A DNA stretch of 64,000 nt from positions 18,498,210-18,562,209 of the forward strand of contig NC_134030.1 in NCBI RefSeq assembly GCF_964204645.1. The letters are read 5' to 3'. The DNA comes from Tubulanus polymorphus (Eukaryota; Animalia; Nemertea). Every line of letters starts with the position of its first letter. Position 1 is the first letter of the stretch. Shown here piece by piece: positions 1-10,300 of the stretch. The notes beneath the pieces are model-generated. The model worked only from the letters and a program-made list of their open reading frames with translations. It was not told the DNA's origin and did no database searches. The position numbers and the translations under genes are program-made.

Positions 1-24
1 TAGTCGAGGAATTCATCAACAATT

Positions 25-88
25 CTAAGATAAAAACCCAGTATGTACAAATTAAAAGAATTTTAAAATCGAGAATTTATTTATTCAA
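25..88. mobile_element. Fragment of the fold-back element arm also found at 59225-59834
   Basis: taagataaaaacccagtatgtacaaattaaaagaattttaaaatcgagaatttatttattcaa closely matches the reverse complement of ~59772-59834. Confidence 0.65.
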
Positions 89-177
89 AAAATCTTTCAA
101 CAATTTTGTTGCCACTGTTTTGATTGATTTTCGAAAATGAACACTTAATATTCGAAGTTTAGAAAAACTTAACTTAC

Positions 178-606
178 CAAATAAATCTCTATTCGCTAAT
201 ACAACACTGGTAACATTATACACGTGATCTAGTTCGACTTTCCACCAATAGGGGGCCGGTCCAGACCAGTCTCCGGTATGACTGCACACCCTTAGTTTAG
301 GTCCTTGATCGCCATCGACGGCTAAACTCGGATATCTGACTTTCTTCGTTACGCATTGGTCAGTAGGTCTACCTAAAGCTAAATTCGGACGAGCCTCTTC
401 GACTTGACTGTTAGAAACTACTGAAATATAGAAATAGTTTTGTGAAATTGTTTTCGATCTCTTTCAATTTCAAAGTTATGGAAAACAATACATCGATAGT
501 ATTCAGTGACGTCAGAGTTGAATATAAATAGATTACCTGAAATATTGAATATAAAACGATGAAATGTAGTAAGTAACAAACAGATTCTGAAGATTGTGCG
601 GCTCAT
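178..606 (-). CDS. Secreted F-type lectin (fucolectin/FTP, F5/8 type C-like) domain protein, first two coding exons; continues beyond window start
   Basis: Exon 1 606-537 (MSRTIFRICLLLTTFHRFIFNIS, donor gtaatc, phase 1). Exon 2 420-178 (acceptor tttcag, donor gtaagt) reads ...NLALGRPTDQCVTKKVRYPSLAVDGDQGPKLRVCSHTGDWSGPAPYWWKVELDHVYNVTSVVLANRDLF, matching the NxALG..AVDG..CSHT..WW.V.L..V.V...NR pattern of F-type lectin domains. Confidence 0.85.
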
Positions 607-939
607 TTCTGAAGATTGTGCAGTTTATTCCACGTCTTCATAGATTTATCCTTGACTCCGGAATGAATACCGCGGCAACAGTGACGACAGTTGAAACTGA
701 CGTGTCTACTATTCAAATATTCACATTTCACAAAACACATATCGGTTTACCGTATTTACGGTTAATATTTAAATTCAACATCAACGGAAAATCATAGAAA
801 ATGTAATATGTTGGACTGGTTTAAAGTCCACTTAAAGTGAGCTGCGAGCTGCGGTTGGTGACCGAATAAATGTTTTAATATTTGCATCGTTGAAGTTTTG
901 GAAACCTGCAGTTCATATAAGTGTTAACTAGAACTCAAT

Positions 940-1168
940 GATTGAGTCTACAGATCCACAGTTGAGTCTGCAGATCCACAGTTGAGGCTACATATCCACA
1001 GTTGAGGCTACAGATCCACAGCTGAGGCTACAGATCCACAATTGAGGCTACAGATCCACAGTTGAGGCTACAGATCCACAGTTGAGGCTACAGATCCACA
1101 GTTGAGTCTTCAGATCCACAATTGAGGCTACAGATCCACAGTTGAGTCTACAGATCCACAGTTGAGGC
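940..1168. repeat. 20-bp tandem repeat (ctacagatccacagttgagg), ~11 copies
   Basis: Directly visible period-20 array. Confidence 0.95.
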
Positions 1169-2844
1169 AATTAGAAAAATAGCCAGTTCTGAATCCTGTG
1201 GGGATTTTTTTTCTCCGTATTTCCGTTGCCTTCTTGAAGGGGAGGGGAGGAGGAGAGGAGGGGCCTTTTGGACAGGGAGGGGAGGAAAGGAGGGGGCTTT
1301 TGGAAGGGGAGGGGAGGAAGGGAGAAGGGGAGGAGGGAGGGGGAGGATGGCCCATGTGGGTGAAAGAAAACACTTACTTCTCCAAGGAATCCATGAATAT
1401 ATTGAGAAATTCAATTTTAGTCTCAATACTTACAATGCTTACTACTCCTGATTATATTAATGATTGTGCGTCTATTACACTGTGTATTGTTGTATTACTG
1501 TGATAGATGTCGCAATAGTGATAGATGTCACACACATTGACAAATATATATCGTACCATCACAATCTCATGAATATCCAAAAATACGTTATTTTTCTCGC
1601 TGAAGGTTCTTGATAAACACAGTGCAGGAGACGGTCAAACATTATGTAAATCGTGCCGATTTTCTGTTGCCAAGAAACTATAAAAAATGGGTCTTGATAT
1701 CGCCAAACTGTTTTTTGACCGACCGCTAGAGTATATTGTGCCTGAAACCCGATATCACAAGGTATAAATTCAATTATAACATCACCCAAATACACCGAAC
1801 ACTGTATCACGGGAAATGATGTTCATGGGCAGTGAATCGATTTATTTCATACAGCAATAAAGCACCTACTCGGCTGGTGAAAAGTTTCCCACTAAAGTTC
1901 GTTTATTATTTATTCTCGGTGGTTTCTGTGGCTCAGTGCTCGTAATATCGATAATCGGTTTTTTTCATTAACGAACTCGGAGCATAGTCCGGAGCCGTCC
2001 CCTTAACCCGGAGCCATAATTGTGCTATATCCAAATAGCTGGTGTTTGTAGTTCATTTTCACTCAAAATATCTCGGGTGAAGTTCTTTCAATTTTTCAAT
2101 TTTTCTAAGTGTGCTGACAAAATGTCTAATGTCTGGTTTTTGTAGTTCATTTTGTAGAAACTCAGATCAAATACTGACCAAGTGTGAATTATCGAGTGAT
2201 CAAGTGTTCTGATGAAATGTGTGATGAGTGTCCAGTTTTGATAATTAATGTTCAATTGAAAATCGTGAGTGAAGAGAAGAGGTTCGGCTGAATTTTATCA
2301 TATTTGTTAAACCTATGATATTTAGCATCCTAATCATTATTTGGTTTGATATTGATATGACTAGGAGGTCATTGGGACCCCTGGGGGCCTCAGTGACCCT
2401 CAGGGGCCAACCGAAGACCAACATAAGCCTACCCCCTACTGACAAGTTTCATTCCGAATTCTGACTGATATATTTACAGCGATGTATATGCACTGTATAG
2501 TAAAATATTCTAGTACTAATTTTAGCGCAGAAACTCACCCTGATAAATAACTATGAATAATTTCGCAGCTAAAAAAGAAGTGTCATCGAAACCTGGCCCA
2601 TTCCCAAATACTGACAAACTGACATTTTCCTCAATATCAGTTATTGTATATAATGTAAATAAATGATGTCCTTGGCGTCAAAAATGACGCAGTTCTGAAA
2701 ATATAAAAAAACACCCTCATATACCGGTTATACACGTTCATAGAAAATGAGCTTTCAACGAGGATATTCCAGTAACTATCAGTAACTAACAGTAACTACT
2801 AGTTACTAACAGTAACTACCTGTAACTAACAGTAACTATCAGGT

Positions 2845-3256
2845 GTTGCTCTCATCACAGCTGTGAGGGAATGCCACTAGGTGTCGCTCTCACTGCAGCT
2901 GTGAGGGAATGCCACTAGGTGTCGCTCTCACTACAGCTGTGAGGGAATGCCACTAGGTGTCGCTCTCACTACAGCTGTGAGGGAATGCCACTAGGTGTCG
3001 CTCTCACTGCAGCTGTGAGGGAATGCCACTAGGTGTCGCTCTCACTACAGCTGTGAGGGAATGCCACTAGGTGTCGCTCTCACTACAGCTGTGAGGGAAT
3101 GCCACTAGGTGTCGCTCTCACTACCGCTGTGAGGGAATGCCACTAGGTGTCGCTCTCACTACAGTTGTGAGGGAATGCCACTAGGTGTCGCTCTCACTAG
3201 AGCAGTGAGGGAATGCCACTAGGTGTCGCTCTCACTACAGCTGTGAGTAGGTGTCG
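2845..3256. repeat. 38-bp tandem repeat (gccactaggtgtcgctctcactacagctgtgagggaat), ~10 copies, with a CTCF-like core
   Basis: Period-38 array; CCACTAGGTGTCGCT in each unit. Confidence 0.95.
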
Positions 3257-3662
3257 TTTTTATCCGATACACTGAACACATTTTCCAATGACAATTATTT
3301 TGTGGCTGTAGTTGTCGAGGGCTCTCTAACTCATATGTGACGTCATCGCGTTGGATCATTGCGCAGTTACTATTGGATGATGCGGCCAGAGTTATTTGCA
3401 TCCTTACCCAACAACAACGGTGGCATCATCCAGTATCATTCAGCATCATCCAGTATCATTCAGCATCATCCATGCAGTAGCATTCGGTCTCATCTAGTTT
3501 CATCCAGTTTATGACCTGTTGCGATTAAGACATTACTCGAGATTAACTCGAGAAAACGCCATTTTTGAACTGAGCAAAGAAGAACCATTTACCGATTGGA
3601 ACCAATAAGGATTGAACTGCTTGGGAAAAATATTGGATTTTTACGGCAGACGAGAATTGAAT

Positions 3663-4339
3663 GTGATTTTATTTTATTCACTCTGTTGTTGTTTAGTTAT
3701 TTGTGGAATAGTTCATGGTGCTGGTGATGTAAGCAGTGCCTACTCCAGTCAATGTAAGTGGTTCATCTCTGAATCAATGGTTATGTATTCCTTACATGTT
3801 TAACGGAAAATTGTGCGATATTTTTTGTTTTGTTGTATTTAGAATTATTGTATTTTAGGATTAGGATTAGGATTAGGGTACGGGTAAGGGTTAGGTTTAG
3901 AGATAGAGGTTAGGGTAATTCATGATTTGCTGCCAGTTTAGACTGGTTTTTACTATAATCCAGGCTTGACACTTAATTGGGGGCGTCCCGCGATTAAACT
4001 ATTGTACTGAATTGAATCTATTTGTTACCGTTTACCACAATGCATGGATGTTTCATTCAAACCCCTCCACATCCTCCACCTCCCTGCCCCTCCCCTCCCC
4101 TCCCCTCCCTCCACGATGTTCGATTATGGATTTGTTTTTGTTGTTCATTTTTTTCAGACTTCAAGATCAATAATAAAGTTTGTCCGCGAAGTTCTGGTAC
4201 GGTACAAGAAAACATAAATGTGGGCGATTGTGAAACACAGTGCACCAGCGATACGAGATGTATGGCTTATTTGACCAATTCAACTCACTGTATTTCATAC
4301 AAGAATTACGAATGTGGAAATCTCGAATCTCGCAGCTGA
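3663..4339 (+). CDS. Small secreted PAN/apple-like 6-cysteine protein (2 coding exons; start codon unresolved, possibly a disrupted allele)
   Basis: Exon A ends at 3753 (VILFYSLCCCLVICGIVHGAGDVSSAYSSQ, donor gtaagt, phase 1) and joins in frame to exon B 4158-4339 (acceptor ttttcag; YFKINNKVCPRSSGTVQENINVGDCETQCTSDTRCMAYLTNSTHCISYKNYECGNLESRS*). C-x3-C-x5-C-x9-C PAN-like core; AATAAA at 4364. Confidence 0.65.
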
Positions 4340-4991
4340 CAAAAAGACTTCGAAAAAACCAGTAATAAATCACATTCATTTATTAATGTTTATATCGCAC
4401 GATATTGTAACAAAAGACTCATGTTAAGCAACCATCATCAGGTGTGGATAAATGGGTAAGGATCGAGTTGAAAAGGGGTAAAGGGGAGGGGAGAGGGGAG
4501 TAGAGGGGGTGATGGTATGCAACCCACACCCTCTGAATCCCTAAATCAAACCTCTTTTTCAATGAATAAGTAAAATTCTATTAGTGAACACTGTTCCACT
4601 GTTCAACTTTAGCACTTTTCCACTGTTAATTTGGGTTCAGAACTGTGGAACTAGATCCAGAACTGTGGAACTGGATCCAGTAAATGTTGAACTGGATCCA
4701 GTAACTGTTGGAACCTGCGTTGGAACCTACTGTTGTGAGTTTGAGTTAACTGTGAACTCATGATCCAGAGTTCCACGGTTGTGAGTTAGAGTTAACTCTG
4801 AACTCAGGATCCAGTTCCACAGTCATGCCTCCGAGTTGAAACTAGTTCATTTAAATGAGTTAACTATGAGTCATATCTAAACTCACAACTCTGGAACTGC
4901 GGGTTCTGATAACCAGGTTTATCAGCCTTAAACCTTCTAGTGCCCGAGACTACAAAAAATACATAATATTTCTTATAGACCTGTGTTTTCT

Positions 4992-5175
4992 GATTCAAAA
5001 TGATTTCGAATCGGGAGCCGAACCGGGAACCGGAAGCCAGCTACTGGTTCGGCTCCCGATTGAAAATCATTTTCAATCAATGAATCTTTATCTCAATCGG
5101 GAGCAGAAACCAGTAGCCGGTTCGGCTCCCGATTGAAAATCATTTTCTATCGGGAGCCGAACCGGAAGCCAGCTT
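4992..5175. repeat. Alternating inverted repeats (aaatgatt...tcgggagccgaaccgg / ggttcggctcccgattgaaaatcatttt), MITE-like remnant
   Basis: Four copies of a ~30-bp unit in both orientations. Confidence 0.7.
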
Positions 5176-5894
5176 CACGGGGGTAATTTCAGGAATATTC
5201 TTTCAGCAGTATATACACTGGTCCTAATTCAGGCATTGTCAGATTTTCAGCTTTAGTTTAGTTTAGCTGTTATTGTTGTGGTACAGCATCGTAATCGTGA
5301 AAGACATCTATACCAGCTTGTATGAATTGTAAATAAAAGTTTATCTGTTGGACATCGGTCTTCATGGTGAATCGTCTTGAGTGGAGAAGGAAGTCTCCTC
5401 AACAGTTCATAGCAGAGAGCGAATTATAGCGCCTCGACAGTATCACTAACAGCCCTCACACGCCTGGCTTACGAAAACAATTCCAGAATTTTCGTCGCGG
5501 AAACCACCACGGAGCCAAGCTATGATGATCCCGGGCCCTGATACTGCTCCAGAGATTCTATAACGTCGCTTGAAAGAGGTTCCGTCTAGAATTTAAAACT
5601 GCAGCGATACAACCCTATTTAATTAAAGTTCGGACAGATGAGGGGAGCTAAAAATCCATCAACACCAAACTAACGATAGACATTTAATTATGAAATGCAG
5701 AATTTAGAATTTATTTTAATTCCAATGATTAGAAAATTAAATTCATTTTTAATGAACACTTAAGAGAAAAAACTTAAACGAAACACGATTTAATTTCAAA
5801 AATTTCCCCAAATTCTTTTTAAACATTTTAAATGTTTGTGAAGAGCCATTCGAAATGGAAGCGAAAATAATACGTTGTTGTTGACTGTGTTTCC

Positions 5895-7323
5895 TTAGTG
5901 ATGAAATAGTCGCAGGTTTGTAAAACATAACGTCATCTGATGATCGTTACAAGCATCAATCACTGATTGGTCGTTTGTAGAACCGGACGGAGACGCCACG
6001 AATTCAACACCGGACTGAAAACGATAAGAAATGAAATTCAGATTATCGAACTGTTCTACAGTTGAAACCCCAATTCCACAATTCAGATCCCAGTTCCACA
6101 GTTCTGGATCCAGTTCCATAGTCTAGACCCCAGTTCTACAGTTTAGACCTCACAGCCAGTTCCACAGTACCGAGTTAAGATTTGACTCACGAGTTAACTC
6201 ACTGAAAATGGAATAACTTTAAACTCAGAGTTAACTCTAACTCACAATTGTGGGACTGGGTCCTGTTCCACAGTTCAGACCCCAGTTCTACAATTCAGAT
6301 CCCAGTTCCACAGTTTAGACCCCAGTTCCACAGTTCCACAGCGTGTATGTGACAGGATGCACTGTATTACAGGGTTATATAGATAGTGATGTATTTGTTA
6401 TGTGTACCTGTTTAGCCCGGTCAATGCTGTCTCAGGATGAACTGTATTACAGGGTTATATTGATAGTGATGTATTTGTTATGCGTACCTGTTTAGCCCGG
6501 TCAATGCTGTCTCAGGATGAACTGTATTACAGGGTTATATTGATAGTGATGTATTTGTTATGCGTACCTGTTTAGCCCGGTCAATGCTGTCTCAGGATGA
6601 ACTGTATTACAGGGTTATATTGATAGTGATGTATTTGTTATGCGTACCTGTTTAGCCCGGTCAATGCTGTCTCAGGATGAACTGTATTACAGGGTTATAT
6701 TGATAGTGATGTATTTGTTATGTGTACCTGTTTAGCCCGGTCAATGCTGTCTCAGGATGAACTGTATTACAGGGTTATATTGATAGTGATGTATTTGTTA
6801 TGTGTACCTGTTTAGCCTGGTCAATGCTGTCTCAGTATGAACTGTATTACAGGGTTATATAGATAGTGATGTATTTGTTATGCGTACCTGTTTAGCCTGG
6901 TCAATGCTGTCTCAGGATGAACTGTATTACAGGGTTATATAGATAGTGATGTATTTGTTATGCGTACCTGTTTAGCCCGGTCAATGCTGTCTCGAAATGG
7001 AAAAAATGCATCGGAACTCAAAGCTACACCATTTAACTGTTTAATCCAATCATCTCGATCAGCCTACAAATAAAATCAATCATTAGTGATCAGGGTGATT
7101 GATGATCACACAGCGACCAGTAATTAGGTGATCATCACACAATGATCAGTAATTAGGTGATCATCACACAATGATCAGTAATTAGGTGATCAATAATCAG
7201 ACAGTCAGTTATAGTTACCTTAGTCAACTGCTGCGGTGGATCTTCTAACATTTCCTGCCACTTTGACAGTTCCATATCCTACAACAATTAGAAACACTGC
7301 AGTCAGATACACTTACAAACTTC

Positions 7324-7362
<39 letters not shown>

Positions 7363-10300
7363 TAGACAGACCTGTCCAACAGTTCCGTTGACGTACACAT
7401 CAATGATATTCGACATTTCTGCTCGTTTGACGCCTTTTTTGAATTTCATTCCGAGAACGTTTGGATGTTGTCGGAGCCACCTGAAATAATAAACACATAC
7501 TAAATGATTCCATCCACAGAGACTGAGTGACTGACTCCGCAGTGAATAACTGACTGACTGACTCCACAGAGCCTGACTGACTGGGTGACTCCACCAGAGA
7601 CTAACTGACTGGGTGACTCCACCAAAGACTAACTCCACAGAGACTGACTGACTGACTTCACCAGAAACTGACTGGGTGACTCCACCAGTGACTGACTGAC
7701 TGACTCCACCAGTGACTTACTGACTGACTGACTCTACCAGAGACAGACTGACTCCTCCAGAGACTGACTGGGTGACTTCCTCTGACTCCACAGTGACAAA
7801 CTGACTGACTCCACAGTGACTAACTGACTGATTGACTCCAGTCCCCAGACTTACTCCACAGAGCCTGACTCACCCAGTCCCCCAGAGACTGACTCCACAG
7901 AGACTGACTGACTGAGTCCCTCAGAGACTGACTGACTGAGTCCCCCAGAGCCTGAACGATGCCCTGAAACATGAGATCGATTGACGCTAGCAATAACGTT
8001 GCATATTTACCAGTTATTAGTTTTATCAGCAGCTAACCGGGTACAGTGGATACGTGATTGCTGTCCGGCACCGAGTCCAATCACCTGACCATCACGAGCG
8101 AAACACACCGAATTCGATTGTGCGTATTTTAAAGCGATTGTCGCGACGATCAGATCTCTAACGGCAGACTGCGGTAGATCGGTGCGTTTAGAACAGATGT
8201 TACTGAACAGGTCACGTGTGATTCTTGCATCGTTTCGTTTCTGTTCCATTTGTAAACCGTAAAGTGTCCTCGTCTCCATCTCACTTGGTTCATAATTCTC
8301 ATCTATCTGTTAAATAAAATTCAGAACAGTTCATAATTCTTATCTGTTGAATAAAATTCAGATCAGTTCATAATTCCCCTCTATCTGTTAAATATGATTC
8401 AGAACAGTTCATAATTCCCATCTATCTGTTAAATTAATTCAGAACAGTTCGTTCATAATTCTCATCTATCTGTTAAATTAATTCAGAACAGTTCATAATT
8501 CCCATCTATCTGTTAAATTAATTCAGAACAGTTCATAATTCTCATCTATCTGTTAAATCAATTCAGAACAGTTCATAATTCTCATCTATCTGTTAAATTA
8601 ATTCAGAACAGTTCATAATTCCCATCTATCCGTTAAATTAATTCAGAACAGTTCATAATTCCCATCTATCCGTTAAATTAATTCAGAACAGTTCATAATT
8701 CTCATCTATCTGTTAAATTAATTCAGAACAGTTCATAATTCTCATCTATCTGTTAAATTAATTCAGAACAGTTCATAATTCTCATCTATCTGTTAAATCA
8801 ATTCAGAACAGTTCATAATTCTCATCTATCTGTTAAATCAATTCAGAACAGTTCATAATTCTCATCTATCTGTTAAATTAATTCAGAAAAGTTCATAATT
8901 CCCATCTATCTGTTAAATCAATTCAGAACAGTTCATAATGTGAGTGAGTTGTCCTAGCTGTGACGAGTGAGTTGTTCTAGCTGTGGCGAGTGAGTTATTC
9001 TAGCTGTGGCGAGTGAGTTATTCTAGCTGTGGCGAGTGAGTTGTTCAAACTGTGGCGAGTGAGTTATTCTAGCTGCGAAGAGTGAGTTATTCTAGCTGCG
9101 AGGAGTGAGTTATTCTAGCTGTGGCGAGTGAGTTGTTCAAACTGTGGCGAGTGAGTTGTTCTAGCTGTGGCGAGTGAGTTATTCTAGCTGTGGCGAGTGA
9201 GTTATTCTAGCTGTGGCGAGTGAGTTGTTCTAGCTGTGGCTAGTGAGATGGTCTAGCTGTGGCGAGTGAGTTTATTCTAGTTGTGGCGAGTGAGTTGTTC
9301 TAGCTGTGGCGAGTGGGTTATTCTAGCTGTGGCGAGTGAGTGTTTACCTGTATAACGCAGTATTTTCCCGTTTTTTTGTTGCTCAGAATTTTCAAAGCTT
9401 CGTCTGTGTAACCGGGGGCGATAATACCGTCTGAAACTTCACGAGATATTATCTTCGCTGTCGACAAATCACAAACATCGGACAACGCGATAAAATCACC
9501 AAACGACGACATCCGATCAGCACCTACAACAATCAATTAATCACAGTTAACTAGTGTGATATTGATCCACCAGGTGGCATCGTTAGTGTGATATTGACCC
9601 ACCAGGTGGCACCGGTAGTGTGACAACGATCCACCAGGTGGCACTGGTAGTGTGACAATGATCCACCAGGTGGCACGGTTATGGTGACAATGATTCACCA
9701 GGTGGCACTGGTAGTGTGACAATGATCCACCAGGTGGCACGGTTATGGTGACAATGATCCACCAGGTGGCACTGGTAATGTGACAATGATCCACCAGGTG
9801 GCACTGGTAGTGTGACAATGATCCACCAGGTGGCACTGGTAGTGTGACAATGATCCACCAGGTGGCACTGGTAGTGTGACAATGATCCACCAGGTGGCAC
9901 TGGTAGTGTGACAACGATCCACCAGGTGTCATTAGTAGCATACATACCTCTAGCGCGAGCGTAAGCCGTTGCTAACGGTGATAATTGCTGAGCGATGTCG
10001 TCGACCATACACAGCTGCGATTGTTGCGGTGTGAGCGGTTCAGCTACCGCGGCACCTGCAGGACTCACGTGTTTAAACGATGCAGCTGATGGCAGGTTTA
10101 AAGCTTCCTTTAACTCCCGTACTAGCTGCCAAGCGTTTAATCCATCGCACAGGTTGATAAATCCAGGAGAACCATTCAACACTGTCAAATACAGAAACCA
10201 TAGTGATTTATCAGACACAGAACGAGGTTAGGGGAAGCATGAGTGAGGTCATGAGGGGAATATGAGTGAGGTGATGGGAGTGAGGTCATGAGGGGAATAT

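Noticed and set aside
9537-9941. Repetitive ORFs here and at 21454-21804, 23567-24070, 41041-41526, 47023-47588 and 58577-58957
   Set aside because: Stop-free frames of intronic tandem repeats, with no splice or domain support.
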